DNA of 64,000 bases, from the IMG/VR virus record IMGVR_UViG_3300034031_000009, positions 1-64,000 of that record; one strand, written 5' to 3'. The position numbers and the translations under genes were made by a program. The stretch's first letter is position 1; each line of letters opens with the position of its first letter. The notes under the pieces are model-generated. The model did no database searches and was not told the DNA's origin. It worked only from the letters and a program-made list of their open reading frames with translations. Shown piece after piece: positions 48,622 through 57,863 of this stretch. The stretch is from a virus.

Positions 48622-51600
48622 ATGGCGACCCGGGGTCAGAGCGACGTAAGTTTGGTCGTCCGCGCCAAGGACGAAGCGACCCGGGCGCTCACCACCATTG
48701 AGAGCGCGCTTTCCGATCTGATTTCGACGCAGCGTGAACTCGCCACCGGCTCCCAGAATACCGCCTCGGGTCTCTCGAAGGTTGTCACCACCCTGGCCGG
48801 GCTGGACTCGGCGTATGCGAAGATCAGCGGCGCTGCCGACATGGGCGCCGCAGCATTCCGGCGGCAGGAATCCGCGATCGCTGCCAACCAGTCGCAGCTC
48901 GCCGCGCTGAAGGGTCAGTCGGAAGGCGCGGCCCGCGCACTGGATGCCCTCGGCGCCAAGCTGGTCGACGCGCTGCTGAACAAGGCCGACGCCGGGCCAC
49001 TGCGCGCCCAGATCACCGAAGTCCGCAATGAGATGACCCGCCTCGACCGCGAGGCCGGGAAACTCCAGCGCACCATCGAACAGCAGCAGACCGGCTACCA
49101 GCGGTCGGCGTCCTCGCTCGGCGAGTTGGAACGGCAGACGCAACTGGTCGGCTCGGTCACGACATTCGCGAAGCAGGAAGCCGACCAACTCACCCGCTCC
49201 CTGAACTCGCAGGCCGACGCCGCGCAGAATGCCGCCCGGGTGCAGGCTTCGATTGCCCGCGCGACCGATAGCCGTGGTGGATTGTCGGCGCGCGACTCGG
49301 CCGATGCGTTCACTGCTGCCGGGCTGACTCGTGTCGAGAAGCAGATCGAGGCCGAAGCTGCGGCCACTGCGCGGGCGACACAGGCCGAACGCGACCGGTC
49401 GGCCCAGATCGAGTTGACCAACAACGCGCTGCGGGCACGCGCGCGGATCGAGGGTAACGGTGGCTCGGCAGGTTCGGCCGCCGACACCGCGTTCGCCCAG
49501 CAACTCCGCGAAGAGGAACAGGCGGCGATCGAGGCCGCGCGCGCCGAGAAGGAGTTGATACAGGCTGCGGCTCGACTGAAGGCGGAACTCAACCCGCTCG
49601 CCGTGATTCAGGATCGCCTGAACAAGGAACTGGCCGAGGCGAACACCCTCTACCGGGCTGGCAAGATCAGCGCGACCGAACTCGCACAGGCACAGGCCCT
49701 GCTGAAGGCGAACGCCGACAAGGCCGCCGGGGCGCTCGGGCAGCAGTCGTCGGCCGGCGGCAAGCCGACGCTGTTCGGCCTGAAGCCCTACGACGTTCAG
49801 AATCTGGGCTTCCAGGTCAACGACATCGTCACGCAGCTCGGCTCCGGCACGTCGCTGACGCAGACGCTCGCTCAGCAGGGCGGCCAGATCCTCCAGATTT
49901 TCCCGCGCGTCGGTTCGGCGATCGTGGCCGCGTTCACCAACCCGGTAGTGCTCGCGTTCGCGGTAACGCTCGGCACCATCGTCGTCGGCCTCAAGGAAGT
50001 CGGCGACGAGGCTGACCGGGTGCGCGGCTTCTTGGGTCTGCTCGCCACGTCGGCGGACGGCGGCGACTATAACGCGGGTGCCCTGAACAACGCTGCCGAG
50101 GCGCTGGACAAGTACGGCCTGTCCGCCGCCGACGCCGTGAAGGCGGTTCGCATCTTCGTCAAGGAAGGCGTCGACCAGTCGCGCCTGGAAGAGTTCGGCA
50201 AGACGGCGACCGACCTGGCCGAAGTCATGGGCGTCGAACTGAAGCAGGCCGCCGAGGAAGTCGCGAAGGCTTTCACGGGCGGCTACACCGAGATCAAGAA
50301 ACTCGACGACTCGTACAACTTCCTCACCGCCGCCCAGCGTGAGAGCATCAAGACGATGTTCGAGGAAGGCGGCGCGGCCGAGGCGCGCAACGAAGCGCTG
50401 CTGATTTTCTCCGGCCAGCAGGAAGACGCGGCCAACAAGATGCGCGGCCCGTGGGCGAGCGCCGTCCGGGAACTCAGCGGCGCATGGCAGGAGTTCAAGT
50501 CGTTCCTGTCCGACCTCGCACCGATTCGCGGGGCTTCTGCGGCTCTTGAAGGGCTGGGCCGCCTCGCGCGCACGGTCATTCGTTCGCTGCGGTCCACCAG
50601 CGACGCCGCGTCGGCGGCGCAGGGTATCGCCGAGAAACAGAAGCAGATCGCTGATCTTGAGCGGACGCTGGCGACCAGTCCGAACGATCGACTGGCAACG
50701 CAGCAACTGGCGAACGCTCGCCGACAACTCGAATTCATGCAGCGCCAGCTTGCGACGGTTGAAAAGACCGGCGAAGCTGAGAAGGTGATTGCCGATACCC
50801 GTGCGGTACAGGCCGAGGCTACCAAGAAGGCCAGTGAGGATCTATCCCGGCAGACTCGTGAAGCCGAGCAGCGCAAGACACTGGAAGGCGATGTCGCCAA
50901 GGCTCGCCGTGAGGCGCAGGAATATGTCGAGCGCGAGTTCAAACTGGCTGACCAGGCGACCAAGAACGCCTACATCAACCAGAAGGTCGAGGAAGCCCGC
51001 ACCGAGGCACTGAAGCGCGCCGCCGACGCCCGGAAGCGTGAGGCCGACGAAGCCCGTCGCGCGGCCGAGGAGCGGCGCCGTGGCTATGCGGCTGACATCG
51101 ACGACAACGGCCGCGAAGGTCTCGTCAGCACCGCCCGCCGATTCCAGGGCATGAACGAAACTCAGAACCGGGGAGACCTGCAGAGTTTCTTCCGCCAGAA
51201 CGGGATCAACGTCGATCCTAAGATGACCGCGTGGTGCGCCGCGTTCGTCAATGCGGTGCTCGCGACCAATGGTCTGCCGGGCACCGGGTCGCTGGCGGCG
51301 CGGTCGTTCCTCGGTTACGGCAGCGACGTGAACGCGGCCAATGCGAAGGAGGGCGACATCGTTGTCCTGAAGCGCGGCGGGAACAACGCGCAGGGTCACG
51401 TCGGCTTCTTCCAGGGCTTCGACGACAAAGGTAACGTCCGCGTGCTGGGCGGCAACCAGAGCGACGGCGTCAACACCAAGTCGTTCGCTCGCGACGATGT
51501 GCTGGGCTTCCGGCGCGCACCGAATGCTGCGCAGGTGGCGAAAGAGGAGTTCGTCCAAGCCGAGAAGCTGGCTGAGAAGCAAGAGCAATACGGCGAAGCG

Positions 51601-52746
51601 GTCGACCGCAGCGTCCGTGCCCGCGAGCAGGATACCCAGCAGCTTCGTGAGCAGTTCGGGCTACAGGGTGAGGCGCTGCTGGCAAAGCAGCGTGAAGCCG
51701 CGATCGAGGACGCCATCCGTAAGGCGAAGGAAGACGCCAAGAAGGCTGGCATCGCCGAGAACGACCCCGAACTCCTCAAGCGCATCGAAAAGCTGCGCGA
51801 GGTGGAGGGGGCATATTTCGACGCCGCTAACGCCAAGAACAAGTTCGACAACGAGCGTAACGCCGTCCAGCAGCCCGTGGACGACCTCACTGCGCTGCGC
51901 GATCGCATTCAGCAGCAGATTCAGTATTTCCAGGAGACCGGGCAGACGGGTCTCGCCAACCAGTTGACCCCGCAGCTCGACGCGGTGAACCTGAAGCTGG
52001 GCGAAGCGATCCAGAAGGCGCAGGCGTTCTACGCAGCGCTGGCGAACAATCCGACTGCGATGGCGGCGCTCGGGCTGACGAAGGACCAGATCGAGGCGAT
52101 CCGCATCGGCCTCACTGCCTCGGCGCAGGCCGGGCAGAGCCTCGGCTATGTGATGGGTATCTCCGGGCAGCAGATTGCGCAGACCTTCGCGTCCACTGCC
52201 GTCAGCGCGATCGACAAGTTCTCTCAGGCGATCGCGAACGGCGAGAACGTGATGGGTGCCCTCAAGGACGCCTTCCTGCAGTTCGCCTCGGACTTCCTCC
52301 GGCAGATCGCCACGATGATCCTCCAGCAGTTGATCTTCAACGCGATCTCGGCGGGCCTGAAAGCAATCGGCCTCGGCGGCGTTGGCGTCCCCGTCGCCCA
52401 CGGCGGCGGCGTGGTCGGCGGTGCAATGGGCGTCAACCGCAGCGTGTCGCCGGCATGGTTCGGCGCGGCCGCGCGCTACCACACGGGCGGGATCGCCGGG
52501 CTGCGGCCCAACGAGGTGCCGGCCATTCTCGAACGCGGTGAGGAAGTGTTGACCCGTGACGATCCCCGCCACCGGGCGAACGGTGCCACCGGCGGTGCCA
52601 GCAGCGCGGAGGACCGGGTGAAGAACGTCGTGTTCTTCGATCCAGCCGACGCCATGGCCGCCGCGCTGAATACGCGGGCTGGTGAGAAGGCAATCCTGAC
52701 GTGGATGCGGGCGAACGGTCGCGCGGTGCAGCAGGCGATTGGCTGA
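48622..52746 (+). CDS. Tape measure protein (1374 aa) with an embedded cell-wall hydrolase-like domain
   Basis: Long Ala/Glu/Gln-rich coiled coil. Internal TAWCAAFVNAVL...GDIVVLKRGGNNAQGHVGFF domain (about 51170-51510), TIGR02594/NlpC-P60-like. C-terminal hydrophobic segment. Confidence 0.85.
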   Translation: MATRGQSDVSLVVRAKDEATRALTTIESALSDLISTQRELATGSQNTASGLSKVVTTLAGLDSAYAKISGAADMGAAAFRRQESAIAANQSQLAALKGQSEGAARALDALGAKLVDALLNKADAGPLRAQITEVRNEMTRLDREAGKLQRTIEQQQTGYQRSASSLGELERQTQLVGSVTTFAKQEADQLTRSLNSQADAAQNAARVQASIARATDSRGGLSARDSADAFTAAGLTRVEKQIEAEAAATARATQAERDRSAQIELTNNALRARARIEGNGGSAGSAADTAFAQQLREEEQAAIEAARAEKELIQAAARLKAELNPLAVIQDRLNKELAEANTLYRAGKISATELAQAQALLKANADKAAGALGQQSSAGGKPTLFGLKPYDVQNLGFQVNDIVTQLGSGTSLTQTLAQQGGQILQIFPRVGSAIVAAFTNPVVLAFAVTLGTIVVGLKEVGDEADRVRGFLGLLATSADGGDYNAGALNNAAEALDKYGLSAADAVKAVRIFVKEGVDQSRLEEFGKTATDLAEVMGVELKQAAEEVAKAFTGGYTEIKKLDDSYNFLTAAQRESIKTMFEEGGAAEARNEALLIFSGQQEDAANKMRGPWASAVRELSGAWQEFKSFLSDLAPIRGASAALEGLGRLARTVIRSLRSTSDAASAAQGIAEKQKQIADLERTLATSPNDRLATQQLANARRQLEFMQRQLATVEKTGEAEKVIADTRAVQAEATKKASEDLSRQTREAEQRKTLEGDVAKARREAQEYVEREFKLADQATKNAYINQKVEEARTEALKRAADARKREADEARRAAEERRRGYAADIDDNGREGLVSTARRFQGMNETQNRGDLQSFFRQNGINVDPKMTAWCAAFVNAVLATNGLPGTGSLAARSFLGYGSDVNAANAKEGDIVVLKRGGNNAQGHVGFFQGFDDKGNVRVLGGNQSDGVNTKSFARDDVLGFRRAPNAAQVAKEEFVQAEKLAEKQEQYGEAVDRSVRAREQDTQQLREQFGLQGEALLAKQREAAIEDAIRKAKEDAKKAGIAENDPELLKRIEKLREVEGAYFDAANAKNKFDNERNAVQQPVDDLTALRDRIQQQIQYFQETGQTGLANQLTPQLDAVNLKLGEAIQKAQAFYAALANNPTAMAALGLTKDQIEAIRIGLTASAQAGQSLGYVMGISGQQIAQTFASTAVSAIDKFSQAIANGENVMGALKDAFLQFASDFLRQIATMILQQLIFNAISAGLKAIGLGGVGVPVAHGGGVVGGAMGVNRSVSPAWFGAAARYHTGGIAGLRPNEVPAILERGEEVLTRDDPRHRANGATGGASSAEDRVKNVVFFDPADAMAAALNTRAGEKAILTWMRANGRAVQQAIG

Positions 52747-52756
52747 CGCTTCCACT

Positions 52757-52780
52757 ATCAACCGTTTCGTGATAAGTCAC
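52757..52780 (+). promoter_or_regulatory. Late junction box ATCAACCGTTTCGTGATAAGTCAC
   Basis: 24/24 identical to 57405-57428. Ends 5 nt before the SD-less ATG at 52786. Confidence 0.8.
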
Positions 52781-52785
52781 GCAGC

Positions 52786-53757
52786 ATGACAGCCTTCGCG
52801 ACCGGCACGGCTACCAGCCACACCGACCTGTTCGGCAAACTGACCACCTTCCTCACCTCCAACGCTGCCCTCGTGGCAGCCGACGAGGAGTGGGAGGTGG
52901 CAGCGAATCACGGCACCTATGAGAAGGTGCTGCGCGGCCCCGGCCTGTCCGCCGCCGACGAAGTTCTGGTCGGCCTGAAGCTCGTCGAACGTCCCACCGA
53001 GGACGAATACGAGATCCAGTTGACCGGGATGTCGGGCGTGCTGGCCGGTGCGACCACGTTCGACGGGCACGTCAATACCGCGCCGACCCACGTCCGCATG
53101 TTCGTGGACTCTGGCGCGGTAAGTTACTGGTTCGTCGCCAACGGTCGCCGGTTCGTCGTCGTGCTGAAAATCTCGACCGTGTTCCAGACGATGTACGCGG
53201 GCTTCTTCCTGCCCTACGCGGCACCAACCGAGTATGCCTATCCGCTGTTCATCGGTGGCAGCGCAGGCCAGAGCAGCACCGCCATCTCACCGTCCTCGTG
53301 GCGCTCGGTTGACGTGGGGCACCGCCACTTCCCGCACAGCTACTACGATACGTCGATCATCTCCCTGCATCCGCCCTGCGCGTTGATGCTCAGCCCGCAG
53401 GGCGACTGGCTGACGGTCGCCGCGACCGGCGTCGACGCCAACGTCGCGATAGCCCCGCGTCGATTCCACTCGGGCTTCAGCGTCAACACGACTGCCGGGC
53501 TGTCGGGATACGGCTACCAGTCGATCCGTGAACGGCTCCAGTCCTGCTTCGGCGGCGACCTGCTGCTGACCCCGCTGACGCTGGTGCAGTCGTCTCCGTC
53601 CGACCAGTGCTACGGTATCCTCGACGGCTGCTACCATGTGCCGGGCTTCGGTAACTCGTCCGAGAACATCGTGACCGTTGGCGCGGTCGACCACCTCACC
53701 GTCCAGGACGCCTTCCGCTCGGAAATCGGCGAATACTGGGCGCTCGCGCTGGAGTAA
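52786..53757 (+). CDS. Hypothetical virion/tail-region protein (323 aa)
   Basis: ORF track; no SD; preceded by the junction box. Confidence 0.65.
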   Translation: MTAFATGTATSHTDLFGKLTTFLTSNAALVAADEEWEVAANHGTYEKVLRGPGLSAADEVLVGLKLVERPTEDEYEIQLTGMSGVLAGATTFDGHVNTAPTHVRMFVDSGAVSYWFVANGRRFVVVLKISTVFQTMYAGFFLPYAAPTEYAYPLFIGGSAGQSSTAISPSSWRSVDVGHRHFPHSYYDTSIISLHPPCALMLSPQGDWLTVAATGVDANVAIAPRRFHSGFSVNTTAGLSGYGYQSIRERLQSCFGGDLLLTPLTLVQSSPSDQCYGILDGCYHVPGFGNSSENIVTVGAVDHLTVQDAFRSEIGEYWALALE

Positions 53758-53763
53758 CCGGGG

Positions 53764-54693
53764 ATGTTCGAGCAGCACGCCATCACGGCCATGGCCGACA
53801 TTCCACCTCTGGTCGCTGCGTTCGCGGCCGATGCCGGGTGGACGGTCGTCGGAACGACGCTCACGCGAGCAGGCGGCGGATTGTCGTTCACACTCGCTGC
53901 CGCGATCGCCGGCTACGATCACACGCTGACGTGGACGAACGGTGTCAACAACGCGCGCATCGTCAGCCCGAAGCTGGGCGGCACGGCTTCCGTTCCTGTG
54001 GTGTCGATCCCGTCGAAGGTCTACCTGTTCGGCGACGCCGACTTCATCGCGATCGTGGTCGAGTATGGCTTCAACAGCTACCGGCACCTGTATCTCGGCA
54101 ACATGGTCAAGGCGGGCGACTATACCGGCGGCGAAGTTATTTCCGGCTGTACGCCGCTCGCCAGCAACAGCGGGTCGTCATACCCGATGAGTTTCCGGGC
54201 TGCTGCGTATCTGTTCGCGGCCCGGCAGACGGTTCACTCGTCGGCCAACTGCGGCGGCGTCAACGTCAGCCATGTCGACAACCCGACCCAGTGGCGCAAG
54301 TTCAGCGGCCCGGTCAACGATGCTACGCCGCTCGACGGCTTCAACAACGCCACGGCACTCGGCGGCTATGTCGACGACATCAATGACGCCTATGTCGCGC
54401 GCGGCCGCAGCAGCTATGCCGGCGCGCAGATCCTCGTGCCGATCAACCTCTACGCCTCCATGCCGATTACGGGCGACACGCGCTTCGCGCCGCTCGGCCA
54501 CCCGGCTGGCGTGCGGATGGTCAACATGGCCGACATCGACCCGGCAGGCACGTTTATGATCGGCGCAGAGACCTGGCAGTGCTTCCCGGCGCTCGCCAAG
54601 TCCGTGTCCACCACGGTCGCGCAGACTTCGGGCGGTGCCTGGGCGGTGGGTGAAACCTCCTACCTCGTCGGCTACGCCTATCCCCATGGCTGA
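53764..54693 (+). CDS. Hypothetical virion/tail-region protein (309 aa)
   Basis: ORF track; loosely resembles the preceding protein. Confidence 0.65.
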   Translation: MFEQHAITAMADIPPLVAAFAADAGWTVVGTTLTRAGGGLSFTLAAAIAGYDHTLTWTNGVNNARIVSPKLGGTASVPVVSIPSKVYLFGDADFIAIVVEYGFNSYRHLYLGNMVKAGDYTGGEVISGCTPLASNSGSSYPMSFRAAAYLFAARQTVHSSANCGGVNVSHVDNPTQWRKFSGPVNDATPLDGFNNATALGGYVDDINDAYVARGRSSYAGAQILVPINLYASMPITGDTRFAPLGHPAGVRMVNMADIDPAGTFMIGAETWQCFPALAKSVSTTVAQTSGGAWAVGETSYLVGYAYPHG

Positions 54694-56575
54694 CGGTGTC
54701 CTCGCACCACTGCTGACGGCTATCCCGCAGACAGGTCTCGCGGCGAATCTTCCGCAGACGCATCCGGCGCGGCCCGAGCACGGGCTGATCGTCGCTACCG
54801 TTCCATTGGTCGGCGAGGTCACGGATACCCAGCCGATCACCGTCCGTTCGATGGGTCGCACGGGTGCGCGCGCCGGCTCCTATTTCGACGACTATTACAA
54901 CCGCGTCCACATCCTGCCGGCGAACATCGACCTCGGTGCCGTGGCCGATTCGACCGACCGAACGACGACGCTGTGGAACGCCTATCTCGGGCCGTCGACT
55001 CTGCTCGCGGTTCCGCCTCCGGAAGACGGCGTCGTCATCTCGGGCATCACGGCGCCGCGCATCTTCAAGCCGCTCGAAACCGTGTCGGTACGCGCGACAG
55101 TCAACGCCAGCGGCCCGGCGACCATCGACGCCCTGTTCCTGTTCAACTTCAACACCGGGGATGCGGTCGGACTCACCGTGTCCGGCACCCGTGCGCGTCT
55201 GTGGCCTTTCGCCCCGAACTGGCGTTCCCCGCCCGAAGTGGAAATCAGCTATCGGACGGACATCATCACGTCGCGGTCGGGCAGGGAACAGCGCCGCGCG
55301 CTGCGCGCCACCCCACGCAAGCGTATCGGCTACACGATCACGGTTGACCGCACCGACCGGCAGCGACTGACGCAACTCCTGTCCACCTGGCAGGGTCGCA
55401 CGATGCTGATGGCGGACCCGACGCGGCGGGTCACGCTGGAGACCGGCAGTCCGGCCGCCGCTGGCCTGATGACCGTGCCCGAGATCCCTGCATGGCTGGC
55501 CGTCGATCGGCAGATCATGGTCGGCGCCGACCTCGCGACCGTGACCGAGGTTGACGGTGAAACCGTCGCGTTCGAGCCTGCCAACGCGACCACCCTGCTG
55601 CCGGGGACGATTGTGCGGCCGGCGCTGCAGGGTCAGCTCACCGGCACCCTCGGCGCCGCGCATCCGACGAGCCGGGTAGCCGAGGCGCGCGTCAACTTCG
55701 CGCTCGACCCGGCATCCGAGTTGATCGACGAAGGGGAAGCGTCGCTCTACATCCACGGCGGCCGCGAGGTGTTCACCTTCCGGCCCAACTGGGCGGAAAC
55801 GCTCGACCAGAACTTCGACTGGCCGGTGGAGCAGGTCGATTTCGGCCACGGGCGCATCCGCACTTATCAGCCGATCGAGATGGGGTGGTTCACCCAGTCG
55901 GCCACGTTCGTCGGTGCGACTCCTGCCGAAGCCAACGACCTGGAGGCGTTCTTCCACCGGATGCGCGGCCGCCGGGGTGAGTTCTTCATGCCAACCGGCA
56001 CCGACGACATCACGATGCGGACGACGGCGGCCGCCGACACCGCGTTCCTGCGCGCCGTTGGTACGGATCTGTACGATAACTACCGGAACGACACCCGCTA
56101 CCGGGCGATCGCCGTCAGGACGCGCGACGGGCGCCTGATCCTGCGGTCGATCGGCAGCATGTATCTGGTCGATGACGGCCTCGGTAGCGACACGATCATT
56201 GAACTGACCGAGAACTGGTTCTTCGATCTCCACCCCGATGAGGTGGCGACGATCTCGTGGCTGTCGGTGTTCCGGTTTGCGGCGGACGACGTGGCATTCG
56301 AGTGGCCGGCGTCGCACGTCGCGCAGGTCAAACTCGCGATGCGTAGCCTTGAGAACCTACCGGCTGAGAAGCCGCTGACGGGCCTCGACGGTGCTGCGCA
56401 GTGGGTGTTGGAGGCGTGGGGGCCGCTGTATCAGTTCGACGATTTGGATTACGCGGTCAACGTCCGCTACCCGGCGATCTTCTGGCACGCGCTGCCGTGG
56501 GTCATGGTCAATGAGGCCGTGGTCGATGCGTTCGACGCACTGGTCAACGAGGAATATCCGGATGTCTTTTACTGA
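54686..56575 (+). CDS. Distal-tail-type protein candidate (629 aa)
   Basis: Start at MADGVLAPL, overlapping the previous stop. SRSGREQRRALRATPRKRIGY resembles the DUF2460 / GTA g12-type motif. Confidence 0.6.
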   Translation: MADGVLAPLLTAIPQTGLAANLPQTHPARPEHGLIVATVPLVGEVTDTQPITVRSMGRTGARAGSYFDDYYNRVHILPANIDLGAVADSTDRTTTLWNAYLGPSTLLAVPPPEDGVVISGITAPRIFKPLETVSVRATVNASGPATIDALFLFNFNTGDAVGLTVSGTRARLWPFAPNWRSPPEVEISYRTDIITSRSGREQRRALRATPRKRIGYTITVDRTDRQRLTQLLSTWQGRTMLMADPTRRVTLETGSPAAAGLMTVPEIPAWLAVDRQIMVGADLATVTEVDGETVAFEPANATTLLPGTIVRPALQGQLTGTLGAAHPTSRVAEARVNFALDPASELIDEGEASLYIHGGREVFTFRPNWAETLDQNFDWPVEQVDFGHGRIRTYQPIEMGWFTQSATFVGATPAEANDLEAFFHRMRGRRGEFFMPTGTDDITMRTTAAADTAFLRAVGTDLYDNYRNDTRYRAIAVRTRDGRLILRSIGSMYLVDDGLGSDTIIELTENWFFDLHPDEVATISWLSVFRFAADDVAFEWPASHVAQVKLAMRSLENLPAEKPLTGLDGAAQWVLEAWGPLYQFDDLDYAVNVRYPAIFWHALPWVMVNEAVVDAFDALVNEEYPDVFY

Positions 56576-57389
56576 GTACGAGGAATCCCGTTCGCTCGGC
56601 CAGCCGGACACGCTGTATCGGTTCACGATCGGCAACAGCGTCTATGCCTATACGGATGGCGAGGATGCGGTGGTCTATGCCAGCGTCACCTATCAGCCGA
56701 TTCCCATCGACCGGGATTCCGTCAGCACCTCGGGGACGCTCGACAAGTCATCCCTGAAGGTGATGATGCCGCACGACACGCCGATCGCCGAACTGTTCAA
56801 GGTGTTTCCGCCTTCCGAGGTGGTCGCTCTGACCATCTTCCAGGGGCACGGCAACGACGAGGCCAACGAGTATTCGGCGATCTGGGTCGGCCGCGTGCTG
56901 TCCTGCAAGCGCGAAGGCTCGGAAGCATCGCTCGACTGCGAGCCGATCAGCACGTCCATGCGGCGCACGGGGCTGCGGATTCGTGACCAGTATCAGTGCA
57001 TGCACGCGCTCTATGGCCCGAGCTGCGGCGTCAACCGGGCAGCGTTCACCAGCACGGCCACTGTGGTCGGGATCAACGGCGCGTTCGTGACGCTGGCGAG
57101 CGGGTGGAACGGCAGCATGGCTGAGAGCCGATTCACCAACGGCATTCTGCGGTGGACGGTTGACGGCCGCACCGAGCAGCGGTCGATCCTGAAGGTCAAC
57201 ACGGCCAACAACCGGCTGCACATCGGCGGGACGATGCCGGGCCTGGGCAACGGGTCAACGGTTGAGGTGTCGCGGGGATGCAATCATAATTCGGAACACT
57301 GCAACGAGTTTTCTAACATTCTCAACTTTGGTGGTTGTAAATGGATTCCCAAAACTAATCCGATCGGTATGCGGAACACCTTTTTCTAA
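56562..57389 (+). CDS. Tail hub protein, DUF2163 + BR0599-type C-terminus (RcGTA g13-like), 275 aa
   Basis: C-terminal GCNHNSEHCNEFSNILNFGGCKWIPKTNP is the BR0599-family signature. Confidence 0.75.
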   Translation: MSFTEYEESRSLGQPDTLYRFTIGNSVYAYTDGEDAVVYASVTYQPIPIDRDSVSTSGTLDKSSLKVMMPHDTPIAELFKVFPPSEVVALTIFQGHGNDEANEYSAIWVGRVLSCKREGSEASLDCEPISTSMRRTGLRIRDQYQCMHALYGPSCGVNRAAFTSTATVVGINGAFVTLASGWNGSMAESRFTNGILRWTVDGRTEQRSILKVNTANNRLHIGGTMPGLGNGSTVEVSRGCNHNSEHCNEFSNILNFGGCKWIPKTNPIGMRNTFF

Positions 57390-57404
57390 CCACGCGCTAC
57401 CCAA

Positions 57405-57428
57405 ATCAACCGTTTCGTGATAAGTCAC
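57405..57428 (+). promoter_or_regulatory. Late junction box ATCAACCGTTTCGTGATAAGTCAC (second copy)
   Basis: Identical to 52757-52780. Ends 4 nt before the SD-less ATG at 57433. Confidence 0.8.
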
Positions 57429-57432
57429 CCGG

Positions 57433-57663
57433 ATGCCCGCTTTCCTCGTGACCCTGCTGATCGCCGTCGCCATGATGGTGATCAGTTATTTAATTGCGCC
57501 GAAGCCCAAGCAGCCGAAGCCCGAAGCTGCGAAGCAGATGGAAGATCCCACTGCGGAGGCGGGCAAGGAGCGGCCGGTCATCTTCGGGACGATCACCCTG
57601 AAAGACCCCAACTGTCTGTGGTTCGGCGACAAGGCCATGACCACCTATCAGATCAAAGCATGA
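57433..57663 (+). CDS. Tail tip assembly protein resembling the lambda gpI C-terminal region (76 aa)
   Basis: N-terminal TM-like segment, PKPKQPKP, then ERPVIFGTITL motif as in the gpI / GTA g15 N-terminal region. Confidence 0.6.
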   Translation: MPAFLVTLLIAVAMMVISYLIAPKPKQPKPEAAKQMEDPTAEAGKERPVIFGTITLKDPNCLWFGDKAMTTYQIKA

Positions 57664-57863
57664 CCCACCTCGTCACCATCTCCGACATGCGGAAGGCGGG
57701 CTACTGTCCGACCGGCGCACGGCGCTGGTTCGAGGCGCATGGGCTGGACTTCCGCGACTTCCTGAAACACGGCATCGACATCGAAGTGCTGCGCGCTACC
57801 GGCGACGCCTTTGCTGTCCGCGCCATCGAACTGCACGAGGCGCGCAATGGGCACGGGGGGTAA
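57660..57863 (+). CDS. Small intervening ORF (67 aa) between the gpI-like and gpJ-like genes
   Basis: ATGA overlap upstream. MTHLVTISDMRKAGYCPTGARRWFEAHGLDFRDFLKHG... Confidence 0.5.
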   Translation: MTHLVTISDMRKAGYCPTGARRWFEAHGLDFRDFLKHGIDIEVLRATGDAFAVRAIELHEARNGHGG

